From Eledone cirrhosa (taxonomy: Eukaryota), in contig OZ024740.1 of assembly GCA_964016885.1 (NCBI GenBank), positions 434,620,001-434,684,000 on the forward strand: DNA of 64,000 nucleotides, given 5' to 3'. Numbering within the stretch: the stretch's first letter is position 1; each line of letters opens with the position of its first letter. This document shows, in pieces, positions 34,701 to 49,700 of this stretch. A program made the position numbers and the translations under genes. Under the pieces are notes generated by a model, which saw only the letters and a list, made by a program, of their open reading frames with translations, made no database searches and was not told where the DNA came from.

Positions 34701-37700
34701 CACCCAGTCCACTCTGTAAGTTGGTAGTGGTGGTGACATAAGACACCCAGTCCACTCTGTAAGGTGGTTGTGGTGGTGACATAACAAAGACACCCAGTCC
34801 ACTCTGTAAGGTGGTAGTGCTGGTGACATAACAGACACCCAGTCCACTCTGTAAGGTGGTAGTGCTGGTGACATAACAGACACCCAGTCCACTCTGTAAG
34901 GTGGTAGTGCTGGTGACATAACAGACACCCAGTCCACTCTGTAAGGTGGTAGTGCTGGTGACATAACAGACACCCAGTCCACTCTGTAAGGTGGTTGTGG
35001 TGGTGACATAAGACACCCAGTCCACTCTGTAAGGTGGTAGTGCTGGTGACATAACAGACACCCAGTCCACTCTGTAAGGTGGTAGTGGTGGTGACATAAC
35101 AAAGACACCCAGTGCACTCTGTAAGGTGGTTGTGGTGGTGACATAACAAAGACACCCAGTCCACTCTGTAAGGTGGTAGTGACATAACAGACACCCAGTC
35201 CACTCTGTAAGGTGGTTGTGGTGGTGACATAACAGACACCCAGTCCACTCTGTAAGGTAGTAGTGACATAACAGACACCCAGTCCACTCTGTAAGGTAGT
35301 AGTGACATAACAGACACCCAGTCCACTCTGTAAGGTGGTTGTGGTGGTGACATAACAGACACCCAGTCCACTCTGTAAGGTAGTAGTGACATAACAGACA
35401 CCCAGTCCACTCTGTAAGGTGGTTGTGGTGGTGACATAACAAAGACACCCAGTCCACTCTGTAAGGTAGTAGTGACATAACAGACACCCAGTCCACTCTG
35501 TAAGGTGGTTGTGGTGGTGACATAACAGACACCCAGTCCACTCTGTAAGGTGGTTGTGGTGGTGACATAACAAAGACACCCAGTCCACTCTGTAAGGTAG
35601 TAGTGACATAACAGACACCCAGTCCACTCTGTAAGGTGGTTGTGGTGGTGACATAACAGACACCCAGTCCACTGTGTAAGGTGGTTGTGGTGGTGACATA
35701 ACAGACACCCAGTCCACTCTGTAAGGTAGTAGTGACATAACAGACACCCAGTCCACTCTGTAAGGTGGTTGTGGTGGTGACATAACAGACACCCAGTCCA
35801 CTCTGTAAGGTAGTAGTGACATAACAGACACCCAGTCCACTCTGTAAGGTAGTAGTGACATAACAGACACCCAGTCCACTCTGTAAGGTGGTTGTGGTGG
35901 TGACATAACAGACACCCAGTCCACTCTGTAAGGTAGTAGTGACATAACAGACACCCAGTCCACTCTGTAAGGTGGTAGTGACATAAGACACCCAGTCCAC
36001 TCTGTAAGGTGGTAGTGACATAACAGACACCCAGTCCACTCTGTAAGGTAGTAGTGACATAACAAAGACACCCAGTCCACTCTGTAAGGTGGTAGTGGTG
36101 GTGACATAAGACACCCAGTCCACTCTGTAAGGTGGTAGTGCTGGTGACATAACTGACACCCAGTCCACTCTGTAAGGTGGTTGTGGTGGTGACATAACAA
36201 AGACACCCAGTCCACTCTGTAAGGTGGTAGTGGTGGTGACATAAGACACCCAGTCCACTCTGTAAGGTGGTAGTGCTGGTGACATAACAGACACCCAGTC
36301 CACTCTGTAAGGTGGTAGTGCTGGTGACATAACAGACACCCAGTCCACTCTGTAAGGTGGTAGTGCTGGTGACATAACTGACACCCAGTCCACTCTGTAA
36401 GGTGGTAGTGGTGGTGACATAAGACACCCAGTCCACTCTGTAAGGTGGTTGTGGTGGTGACATAACAAAGACACCCAGTCCACTCTGTAAGGTGGTAGTG
36501 GTGGTGACATAAGACACCCAGTCCACTCTGTAAGGTGGTAGTGCTGGTGACATAACAGACACCCAGTCCACTCTGTAAGGTGGTAGTGGTGGTGACATAA
36601 GACACCCAGTCCACTCTGTAAGGTGGTAGTGGTGGTGACATAACAGACACCCAGTCCACTCTGTAAGGTGGTTGTGGTGGTGACATAACAAAGACACCCA
36701 GTCCACTCTGTAAGGTGGTAGTGACATAACAGACACCCAGTCCACTCTGTAAGGTGGTTGTGGTGGTGACATAACAAAGACACCCAGTCCACTCTGTAAG
36801 GTGGTAGTGACATAACAGACACCCAGTCCACTCTGTAAGGTGGTTGTGCTGGTGACATAACAGACACCCAGTCCACTCTGTAAGGTGGTAGTGGTGGTGA
36901 CAAGACACCCAGTCCACTCTGTAAGGTGGTAGTGACATAAGAGACACCCAGTCCACTCTGTAAGGTGGTTGTGGTGGTGACATAAGACACCCAGTCCACT
37001 CTGTAAGGTGGTAGTGACATAAGACACCCAGTCCACTCTGTAAGGTAGTAGTGACATAACAAAGACACCCAGTCCACTCTGTAAGGTGGTAGTGCTGGTG
37101 ACATAACAGACACCCAGTCCACTCTGTAAGGTGGTAGTGCTGGTGACATAACTGACACCCAGTCCACTCTGTAAGGTGGTAGTGGTGGTGACATAAGACA
37201 CCCAGTCCACTCTGTAAGGTGGTTGTGGTGGTGACATAACAAAGACACCCAGTCCACTCTGTAAGGTGGTAGTGGTGGTGACATAAGACACCCAGTCCAC
37301 TCTGTAAGGTGGTAGTGCTGGTGACATAACAGACACCCAGTCCACTCTGTAAGGTGGTAGTGCTGGTGACATAACTGACACCCAGTCCACTCTGTAAGGT
37401 GGTAGTGGTGGTGACATAAGACACCCAGTCCACTCTGTAAGGTGGTTGTGGTGGTGACATAACAAAGACACCCAGTCCACTCTGTAAGGTGGTAGTGGTG
37501 GTGACATAAGACACCCAGTCCACTCTGTAAGGTGGTAGTGCTGGTGACATAACAGACACCCAGTCCACTCTGTAAGGTGGTAGTGCTGGTGACATAACAG
37601 ACACCCAGTCCACTCTGTAGGGTGGTAGTGGTGGTGACATAACAGACACCCAGTCCACTCTGTAAGGTGGTAGTGCTGGTGACATAACAGACACCCAGTC

Positions 37701-40700
37701 CACTCTGTAAGGTGGTAGTGCTGGTGACATAACTGACACCCAGTCCACTCTGTAAGGTGGTTGTGGTGGTGACATAAGACACCCAGTCCACTCTGTAAGG
37801 TGGTTGTGGTGGTGACATAACAAAGACACCCAGTCCACTCTGTAAGGTGGTAGTGGTGGTGACATAAGACACCCAGTCCACTCTGTAAGGTGGTAGTGCT
37901 GGTGACATAACAGACACCCAGTCCACTCTGTAAGGTGGTAGTGCTGGTGACATAACTGACACCCAGTCCACTCTGTAAGGTGGTAGTGGTGGTGACATAA
38001 GACACCCAGTCCACTCTGTAAGGTGGTTGTGGTGCTGACATAACAAAGACACCCAGTCCACTCTGTAAGGTGGTAGTGGTGGTGACATAAGACACCCAGT
38101 CCACTCTGTAAGGTGGTAGTGCTGGTGACATAACAGACACCCAGTCCACTCTGTAAGGTGGTAGTGCTGGTGACATAACAGACACCCAGTCCACTCTGTA
38201 GGGTGGTAGTGGTGGTGACATAACAGACACCCAGTCCACTCTGTAAGGTGGTAGTGCTGGTGACATAACAGACACCCAGTCCACTCTGTAAGGTGGTTGT
38301 GGTGGTGACATAACAAAGACACCCAGTCCACTCTGTAAGGTGGTAGTGACATAACAGACACCCAGTCCACTCTGTAAGGTGGTTGTGGTGGTGACATAAC
38401 AGACACCCAGTCCACTCTGTAAGGTGGTTGTGGTGGTGACATAACAAAGACACCCAGTCCACTCTGTAAGGTGGTTGTGGTGGTGACATAACAAAGACAC
38501 CCAGTCCACTCTGTAAGGTAGTAGTGACATAACAGACACCCAGTCCACTCTGTAAGGTAGTAGTGACATAACAGACACCCAGTCCACTCTGTAAGGTGGT
38601 AGTGCTGGTGACATAACAGACACCCAGTCTACTCTGTAAGGTGGTTGTGGTGGTGACATAAGACACCCAGTCCACTCTGTAAGGTGGTAGTGGTGGTGAC
38701 ATAACAGACACCCAGTCCACTCTGTAAGGTAGTAGTGACATAACAGACACCCAGTCCACTCTGTAAGGTAGTAGTGACATAACAGACACCCAGTCCACTC
38801 TGTAAGGTAGTAGTGACATAACAGACACCCAGTCCACTCTGTAAGCTAGTAGTGACATAACAGACACCCAGTCCACTCTGTAAGGTGGTTGAGGTGGTGA
38901 CATAAGACACCCAGTCCACTCTGTAAGGTGGTAGTGCTGGTGACATAACAGACACCCAGTCCACTCTGTAAGGTGGTAGTGGTGGTGACATAACAGACAC
39001 CCAGTCCACTCTGTAAGGTGGTAGTGACATAACAGACACCCAGTCCACTCTGTAAGGTGGTTGTGGTGGTGACATAACTGACACCCAGTCCACTCTGTAA
39101 GGTAGTAGTGACATAACAGACACCCAGTCCACTCTGTAAGGTAGTAGTGACATAACAGACACCCAGTCCACTCTGTAAGGTAGTAGTGACATAACAGACA
39201 CCCAGTCCACTCTGTAAGGTGGTTGTGGTGGTGACATAAGACACCCAGTCCACTCTGTAAGGTGGTAGTGCTGGTGACATAACAGACACCCAGTCCACTC
39301 TGTAAGGTGGTAGTGCTGGTGACATAACAGACACCCAGTCCAATCTGTAAGGTGGTAGTGCTGGTGACATAACAGACACCCAGTCCACTCTGTAAGGTGG
39401 TAGTGACATAACAGACACCCAGTCCACTCTGTAAGGTAGTAGTGACATAACAAAGACACCCAGTCTACTCTGTAAGATGGTTGTGGTGGTGACATAACAG
39501 ACACCCAGTCCACTCTGTAAGGTAGTAGTGACATAACAAAGACACCCAGTCCACTCTGTAAGGTGGTAGTGCTGGTGACATAACTGACACCCAGTCCACT
39601 CTGTAAGGTGGTAGTGGTGGTGACATAAGACACCCAGTCCACTCTGTAAGGTGGTTGTGGTGGTGACATAACAAAGACACCCAGTCCACTCTGTAAGGTG
39701 GTAGTGGTGGTGACATAAGACACCCAGTCCACTCTGTAAGGTGGTAGTGCTGGTGACATAACAGACACCCAGTCCACTCTGTAAGGTGGTTGTGGTGGTG
39801 ACATAACAGACACCCAGTCCACTCTGTAAGGTGGTAGTGGTGGTGACATAACAGACACCCAGTCCACTCTGTAAGGTGGTTGTGGTGGTGACATAACAAA
39901 GACACCCAGTCCACTCTGTAAGGTGGTAGTGACATAACAGACACCCAGTCCACTCTGTAAGGTGGTTGTGCTGGTGACATAACAGACACCCAGTCCACTC
40001 TGTAAGGTGGTAGTGGTGGTGACATAACAGACACCCAGTCCACTCTGTAAGGTGGTAGTGGTGGTGACATAAGACACCCAGTCCACTCTGTAAGGTGGTT
40101 GTGGTGGTGACATAACAGTCACCCAGTCCACTCTGTAAGGTGGTAGTGGTGGTGACATAAGACACCCAGTCCACTCTGTAAGGTGGTAGTGACATAACAG
40201 ACACCCAGTCCACTCTGTAAGGTAGTAGTGACATAACAAAGACACCCAGTCCACTCTGTAAGGTGGTAGTGGTGGTGACATAAGACACCCAGTCCACTCT
40301 GTAAGGTGGTAGTGACATAACAGACACCCAGTCCACTCTGTAAGGTAGTAGTGACATAACAAAGACACCCAGTCCACTCTGTAAGGTGGTAGTGGTGGTG
40401 ACATAAGACACCCAGTCCACTCTGTAAGGTGGTAGTGCTGGTGACATAGCAGACACCCAGTCCACTCTGTAAGGTGGTAGTGCTGGTGACATAACAGACA
40501 CCCAGTCCACTCTGTAAGGTGGTAGTGCTGGTGACATAACTGACACCCAGTCCACCCTGTAAGGTGGTAGTGGTGGTGACATAAGACACCCAGTCCACTC
40601 TGTAAGGTGGTTGTGGTGGTGACATAACAAAGACACCCAGTCCACTCTGTAAGGTGGTAGTGGTGGTGAAATAAGACACCCAGTCCACTCTGTAAGGTGG

Positions 40701-43700
40701 TAGTGCTGGTGACATAACAGACACCCAGTCCACTCTGTAAGGTGGTAGTGCTGGTGACATAACAGACACCCAGTCCACTCTGTAAGGTGGTTGTGGTGGT
40801 GACATAACAGACACCCAGTCCACTCTGTAAGGTGGTTGTGGTGGTGAAATAAGACACCCAGTCCACTCTGTAAGGTGGTAGTGCTGGTGACATAACAGAC
40901 ACCCAGTCCACTCTGTAAGGTGGTAGTGCTGGTGACATAACAGACACCCAGTCCACTCTGTAAGGTGGTTGTGGTGGTGACATAACAAAGACACCCAGTG
41001 CACTCTGTAAGGTGGTTGTGGTGGTGACATAACAAAGACACCCAGTCCACTCTCTAAGGTGGTAGTGACATAACAGACACCCAGTCCACTCTGTAAGGTG
41101 GTAGTGGTGGTGACATAACAAAGACACCCAGTCCACTCTCTAAGGTGGTAGTGACATAAGACACCCAGTCCACTCTGTAAGGTGGTTGTGGTGGTGACAT
41201 AACAGACACCCAGTCCACTCTGTAAGGTGGTTGTGGTGGTGACATAACAGACACCCAGTCCACTCTGTAAGGTGGTAGTGCTGGTGACATAGCAGACACC
41301 CAGTCCACTCTGTAAGGTGGTAGTGGTGGTGACATAACAAAGACACCCAGTCCACTCTGTAAGGTGGTTGTGGTGGTGACATAACAGACACCCAGTCCAC
41401 TCTGTAAGGTGGTAGTGCTGGTGACATAACAGACACCCAGTCCACTCTGTAAGGTGGTAGTGCTGGTGACATAACTGACACCCAGTGCACCCTGTAAGGT
41501 GGTAGTGGTGGTGACATAAGACACCCAGTCCACTCTGTAAGGTGGTAGTGGTGGTGACATAACAAAGACACCCAGTCCACTCTCTAAGGTGGTAGTGACA
41601 TAAGACACCCAGTCCACTCTGTAAGGTGGTTGTGGTGGTGACATAACAGACACCCAGTCCACTCTGTAAGGTGGTTGTGGTGGTGACATAACAGACACCC
41701 AGTCCACTCTGTAAGGTGGTTGTGGTGGTGACATAACAGACACCCAGTCCACTCTGTAAGGTAGTAGTGACATAACAAAGACACCCAGTCCACTCTGTAA
41801 GGTGGTAGTGGTGGTGACATAAGACACCCAGTCCACTCTGTAAGGTGGTAGTGCTGGTGACATAGCAGACACCCAGTCCACTCTGTAAGGTGATAGTGGT
41901 GGTGACATAACAAAGACACCCAGTCCACTCTGTAAGGTGGTTGTGGTGGTGACATAACAGACACCCAGTCCACTCTGTAAGGTGGTAGTGCTGGTGACAT
42001 AACAGACACCCAGTCCACTCTGTAAGGTGGTAGTGCTGGTGACATAACTGACACCCAGTCCACCCTGTAAGGTGGTAGTGGTGGTGACATAAGACACCCA
42101 GTCCACTCTGTAAGGTGGTAGTGGTGGTGACATAACAGACACCCAGTCCACTCTGTAAGGTGGTAGTGCTGGTGACATAACAGACACCCAGTCCACTCTG
42201 TAAGGTGGTTGTGGTGGTGACATAACAGACACCCAGTCCAATCTGTAAGGTGGTAGTGCTGGTGACATAACAGACACCCAGTCCACTCTGTAAGGTGGTA
42301 GTGACATAACAGACACCCAGTCCACTCTGTAAGGTAGTAGTGACATAACAAAGACACCCAGTCTACTCTGTAAGATGGTTGTGGTGGTGACATAACAGAC
42401 ACCCAGTCCACTCTGTAAGGTAGTAGTGACATAACAAAGACACCCAGTCCACTCTGTAAGGTGGTAGTGCTGGTGACATAACTGACACCCAGTCCACTCT
42501 GTAAGGTGGTAGTGGTGGTGACATAAGACACCCAGTCCACTCTGTAAGGTGGTTGTGGTGGTGACATAACAAAGACACCCAGTCCACTCTGTAAGGTGGT
42601 AGTGGTGGTGACATAAGACACCCAGTCCACTCTGTAAGGTGGTAGTGCTGGTGACATAACAGACACCCAGTCCACTCTGTAAGGTGGTTGTGGTGGTGAC
42701 ATAACAGACACCCAGTCCACTCTGTAAGGTGGTTGTGGTGGTGACATAACAAAGACACCCAGTCCACTCTGTAAGGTGGTAGTGACATAACAGACACCCA
42801 GTCCACTCTGTAAGGTGGTTGTGCTGGTGACATAACAGACACCCAGTCCACTCTGTAAGGTGGTAGTGGTGGTGACATAACAGACACCCAGTCCACTCTG
42901 TAAGGTGGTAGTGGTGGTGACATAAGACACCCAGTCCACTCTGTAAGGTGGTTGTGGTGGTGACATAACAGTCACCCAGTCCACTCTGTAAGGTGGTAGT
43001 GGTGGTGACATAAGACACCCAGTCCACTCTGTAAGGTGGTAGTGACATAACAGACACCCAGTCCACTCTGTAAGGTAGTAGTGACATAACAAAGACACCC
43101 AGTCCACTCTGTAAGGTGGTAGTGGTGGTGACATAAGACACCCAGTCCACTCTGTAAGGTGGTAGTGACATAACAGACACCCAGTCCACTCTGTAAGGTA
43201 GTAGTGACATAACAAAGACACCCAGTCCACTCTGTAAGGTGGTAGTGGTGGTGACATAAGACACCCAGTCCACTCTGTAAGGTGGTAGTGCTGGTGACAT
43301 AGCAGACACCCAGTCCACTCTGTAAGGTGGTAGTGCTGGTGACATAACAGACACCCAGTCCACTCTGTAAGGTGGTAGTGCTGGTGACATAACTGACACC
43401 CAGTCCACCCTGTAAGGTGGTAGTGGTGGTGACATAAGACACCCAGTCCACTCTGTAAGGTGGTTGTGGTGGTGACATAACAAAGACACCCAGTCCACTC
43501 TGTAAGGTGGTAGTGGTGGTGAAATAAGACACCCAGTCCACTCTGTAAGGTGGTAGTGCTGGTGACATAACAGACACCCAGTCCACTCTGTAAGGTGGTA
43601 GTGCTGGTGACATAACAGACACCCAGTCCACTCTGTAAGGTGGTTGTGGTGGTGACATAACAGACACCCAGTCCACTCTGTAAGGTGGTTGTGGTGGTGA

Positions 43701-46700
43701 AATAAGACACCCAGTCCACTCTGTAAGGTGGTAGTGCTGGTGACATAACAGACACCCAGTCCACTCTGTAAGGTGGTAGTGCTGGTGACATAACAGACAC
43801 CCAGTCCACTCTGTAAGGTGGTTGTGGTGGTGACATAACAAAGACACCCAGTGCACTCTGTAAGGTGGTTGTGGTGGTGACATAACAAAGACACCCAGTC
43901 CACTCTCTAAGGTGGTATTGACATAACAGACACCCAGTCCACTCTGTAAGGTGGTAGTGGTGGTGACATAACAAAGACACCCAGTCCACTCTCTAAGGTG
44001 GTAGTGACATAAGACACCCAGTCCACTCTGTAAGGTGGTTGTGGTGGTGACATAACAGACACCCAGTCCACTCTGTAAGGTGGTTGTGGTGGTGACATAA
44101 CAGACACCCAGTCCACTCTGTAAGGTGGTAGTGCTGGTGACATAGCAGACACCCAGTCCACTCTGTAAGGTGGTAGTGGTGGTGACATAACAAAGACACC
44201 CAGTCCACTCTGTAAGGTGGTTGTGGTGGTGACATAACAGACACCCAGTCCACTCTGTAAGGTGGTAGTGCTGGTGACATAACAGACACCCAGTCCACTC
44301 TGTAAGGTGGTAGTGCTGGTGACATAACTGACACCCAGTGCACCCTGTAAGGTGGTAGTGGTGGTGACATAAGACACCCAGTCCACTCTGTAAGGTGGTA
44401 GTGGTGGTGACATAACAAAGACACCCAGTCCACTCTCTAAGGTGGTAGTGACATAAGACACCCAGTCCACTCTGTAAGGTGGTTGTGGTGGTGACATAAC
44501 AGACACCCAGTCCACTCTGTAAGGTGGTTGTGGTGGTGACATAACAGACACCCAGTCCACTCTGTAAGGTGGTTGTGGTGGTGACATAACAGACACCCAG
44601 TCCACTCTGTAAGGTAGTAGTGACATAACAAAGACACCCAGTCCACTCTGTAAGGTGGTAGTGGTGGTGACATAAGACACCCAGTCCACTCTGTAAGGTG
44701 GTAGTGCTGGTGACATAGCAGACACCCAGTCCACTCTGTAAGGTGGTAGTGGTGGTGACATAACAAAGACACCCAGTCCACTCTGTAAGGTGGTTGTGGT
44801 GGTGACATAACAGACACCCAGTCCACTCTGTAAGGTGGTAGTGCTGGTGACATAACAGACACCCAGTCCACTCTGTAAGGTGGTAGTGCTGGTGACATAA
44901 CTGACACCCAGTCCACCCTGTAAGGTGGTAGTGGTGGTGACATAAGACACCCAGTCCACTCTGTAAGGTGGTAGTGGTGGTGACATAACAGACACCCAGT
45001 CCACTCTGTAAGGTGGTAGTGCTGGTGACATAACAGACACCCAGTCCACTCTGTAAGGTGGTTGTGGTGGTGACATAACAGACACCCAGTCCACTCTGTA
45101 AGGTGGTTGTGGTGGTGACATAACAAAGACACCCAGTCCACTCTGTAAGGTAGTAGTGACATAACAGACACCCAGTCCACGCTGTAAGGTAGTAGTGACA
45201 TAAGACACCCAGTCCACTCTGTAAGGTGGTTGTGGTGGTGACATAACAGACACCCAGTCCACTCTGTAAGGTAGTAGTGACATAACAGACACCCAGTCCA
45301 CTCTGTAAGGTGGTTGTGGTGGTGACATAACTGACACCCAGTCCACTCTGTAAGGTGGTAGTGCTGGTGACATAACTGACACCCAGTCCACTCTGTAAGG
45401 TAGTAGTGACATAACAGACACCCAGTCCACTCTGTAAGGTAGTAGTGACATAACAGACACCCAGTCCACTCTGTAAGGTAGTAGTGACATAACAGACACC
45501 CAGTCCACTCTGTAAGGTAGTAGTGACATAACAGACATCCAGTCCACTCTGTAAGGTAGTAGTGACATAACAGACACCCAGTCCACTCTGTAAGGTGGTT
45601 GTGGTGGTGACATAACTGACACCCAGTCCACTCTGTAAGGTGGTTGTGGTGGTGACATAACTGACACCCAGTCCACTCTGTAAGGTAGTAGTGACATAAC
45701 AGACACCCAGTCCACTCTGTAAGGTAGTAGTGACATAACAGACACCCAGTCCACTCTGTAAGGTAGTAGTGACATAACAGACACCCAGTCCACTCTGTAA
45801 GGTAGTAGTGACATAACAGACACCCAGTCCACTCTGTAAGCTAGTAGTGACATAACAGACACCCAGTCCACTCTGTAAGGTAGTAGTGACATAACAGACA
45901 CCCAGTCCACTCTGTAAGGTGGTTGTGGTGGTGACATAACTGACACCCAGTCCACTCTGTAAGGTAGTAGTGACATAACAGACACCCAGTCCACTTTGTA
46001 AGGTAGTAGTGACATAACAGACACCCAGTCCACTCTGTAAGGTAGTAGTGACATAACAGACACCCAGTCCACTCTGTAAGCTAGTAGTGACATAACAGAC
46101 ACCCAGTCCACTCTGTAAGGTAGTAGTGACATAACAGAGACCCAGTCCACTCTGTAAGGTGGTTGTGGTGGTGACATAACTGACACCCAGTCCACTCTGT
46201 AAGGTAGTAGTGACATAACAGACACCCAGTCCACTCTGTAAGGTAGTAGTGACATAACAGACACCCAGTCCACTCTGTAAGGTAGTAGTGACATAACAGA
46301 CACCCAGTCCACTCTGTAAGGTGGTTGTGGTGGTGACATAACTGACACCCAGTCCACTCTGTAAGGTAGTAGTGACATAACAGACACCCAGTCCACTCTG
46401 TAAGGTAGTAGTGACATAACAGACACCCAGTCCACTCTGTAAGGTAGTAGTGACATAACAGACACCCAGTCCACTCTGTAAGGTAGTAGTGACATAACAG
46501 ACACCCAGTCCACTCTGTAAGGTAGTAGTGACATAACAGACACCCAGTCCACTCTGTAAGGTAGTAGTGACATAACAGACATCCAGTCCACTCTGTAAGC
46601 TAGTAGTGACATAACAGACACCCAGTCCACTCTGTAAGGTAGTAGTGACATAACAGACACCCAGTCCACTCTGTAAGGTGGTTGAGGTGGTGACATAAGA

Positions 46701-49700
46701 CACCCAGTCCACTCTGTAAGGTGGTAGTGGTGGTGACATAACAGACACCCAGTCCACTCTGTAAGGTGGTAGTGCTGGTGACATAACAGACACCCAGTCC
46801 ACTCTGTAAGGTGGTAGTGCTGGTGACATAACAGACACCCAGTCCACTCTGTAAGGTGGTAGTGCTGGTGACATAACTGACACCCAGTCCACTCTGTAAG
46901 GTGGTAGTGGTGGTGACATAACAAAGACACCCAGTGCACTCTGTAAGGTGGTTGTGGTGGTGACATAAGACACCCAGTCCACTCTGTAAGGTGGTAGTGC
47001 TGGTGACATAAGACACCCAGTCCACTCTGTAAGGTGGTAGTGGTGGTGACATAAGACACCCAGTCCACTCTGTAAGGTGGTAGTGCTGGTGACATAACAG
47101 ACACCCAGTCCACTCTGTAAGGTGGTTGTGGTGGTGACATAACAGACACCCAGTCCACTCTGTAAGGTGGTAGTGGTGGTGACATAACAGACACCCAGTC
47201 CACTCTGTAAGGTGGTTGTGGTGTTGACATAACAAAGACACCCAGTCCACTCTGTAAGGTGGTAGTGACATAAGAGACACCCAGTCCACTCTGTAAGGTG
47301 GTTGTGGTGGTGACATAAGACACCCAGTCCACTCTGTAAGGTGGTAGTGCTGGTGACATAACAGACACCCAGTCCACTCTGTAAGGTGGTAGTGCTGGTG
47401 ACATAACAGACACCCAGTCCACTCTGTAAGGTGGTAGTGCTGGTGACATAACAGACACCCAGTCCACTCTGTAAGGTGGTAGTGCTGGTGACATAACAGA
47501 CACCCAGTCCACTCTGTAAGGTGGTAGTGGTGGTGACATAAGACACCCAGTCCACTCTGTAAGGTGGTAGTGCTGGTGACATAACTGACACCCAGTCCAC
47601 TCTGTAAGGTGGTAGTGGTGGTGACATAAGACACCCAGTCCACTCTGTAAGGTGGTAGTGGTGGTGACATAAGACACCCAGTCCACTCTGTAAGGTGGTT
47701 GTGGTGGTGACATAACAAAGACACCCAGTCCACTCTGTAAGGTGGTAGTGGTGGTGACATAAGACACCCAGTCCACTCTGTAAGGTGGTAGTGCTGGTGA
47801 CATAACAGACACCCAGTCCACTCTGTAAGGTGGTAGTGCTGGTGACATAACTGACACCCAGTCCACTCTGTAAGGTGGTAGTGGTGGTGACATAAGACAC
47901 CCAGTCCACTCTGTAAGGTGGTTGTGGTGGTGACATAACAAAGACACCCAGTCCACTCTGTAAGGTGGTAGTGGTGGTGACATAAGACACCCAGTCCACT
48001 CTGTAAGGTGGTAGTGCTGGTGACATAACAGACACCCAGTCCACTCTGTAAGGTGGTAGTGCTGGTGACATAACAGACACCCAGTCCACTCTGTAAGGTG
48101 GTTGTGGTGGTGACATAACAGACACCCAGTCCACTCTGTAAGGTGGTTGTGGTGGTGACATAACAAAGACACCCAGTCCACTCTGTAAGGTGGTAGTGAC
48201 ATAACAGACACCCAGTCCACTCTGTAAGGTGGTAGTGGTGGTGACATAAGACACCCAGTCCACTCTGTAAGGTGGTAGTGACATAAGAGACACCCAGTCC
48301 ACTCTGTAAGGTGGTTGTGGTGGTGACATAAGACACCCAGTCCACTCTGTAAGGTGGTAGTGCTGGTGACATAAGACACCCAGTCCACTCTGTAAGGTGG
48401 TAGTGACATAACAGACACCCAGTCCACTCTGTAAGGTAGTAGTGACATAACAAAGACACCCAGTCCACTCTGTAAGGTGGTTGTGGTGGTGACATAACAG
48501 ACACCCAGTCCACTCTGTAAGGTGGTAGTGGTGGTGACATAAGACACCCAGTCCACTCTGTAAGGTGGTAGTGACATAACAGACACCCAGTCCACTCTGT
48601 AAGGTAGTAGTGACATAACAAAGACACCCAGTCCACTCTGTAAGGTGGTAGTGGTGGTGACATAAGACACCCAGTCCACTCTGTAAGGTGGTAGTGCTGG
48701 TGACATAACAGACACCCAGTCTACTCTGTAAGGTGGTAGTGCTGGTGACATAACAGACACCCAGTCCACTCTGTAAGGTGGTAGTGCTGGTGACATAACA
48801 GACACCCAGTCCACTCTGTAAGGTGGTAGTGCTGGTGACATAACTGACACCCAGTCCACTCTGTAAGGTGGTAGTGGTTGTGACATAAGACACCCAGTCC
48901 ACTCTGTAAGGTGGTTGTGGTGGTGACATAACAAAGACACCCAGTCCACTCTGTAAGGTGGTAGTGGTGGTGACATAAGACACCCAGTCCACTCTGTAAG
49001 GTGGTAGTGCTGGTGACATAAGACACCCAGTCCACTCTGTAAGGTGGTAGTGCTGGTGACATAACAGACACCCAGTCCACTCTGTAAGGTGGTAGTGGTG
49101 GTGACATAACAGACACCCAGTCCACTCTGTAAGGTGGTAGTGCTGGTGACATAACAGACACCCAGTCCACTCTGTAAGGTGGTTGTGGTGGTGACATAAC
49201 AAAGACACCCAGTGCACTCTGTAAGGTGGTTGTGGTGGTGACATAACAAAGACACCCAGTCCACTCTGTAAGGTGGTAGTGACATAACAGACACCCAGTC
49301 CACTCTGTAAGGTGGTTGTGGTGGTGACATAACAGACACCCAGTCCACTCTGTAAGGTGGTTGTGGTGGTGACATAACAAAGACACCCAGTCCAACCCAG
49401 TCCACTCTGTAAGGTAGTAGTGACATAAGACACCCAGTCCACTCTGTAAGGTAGTAGTGACATAAGACACCCAGTCCACTCTGTAAGGTAGTAGTGACAT
49501 AACAGACACCCAGTCCACTCTGTAAGGTGGTTGTGGTGGTGACATAACAGACACCCAGTCCACTCTGTAAGGTAGTAGTGACATAACAGACACCCAGTCC
49601 ACTCTGTAAGGTGGTTGTGGTGGTGACATAACTGACACCCAGTCCACTCTGTAAGGTAGTAGTGACATAACAGACACCCAGTCCACTCTGTAAGGTAGTA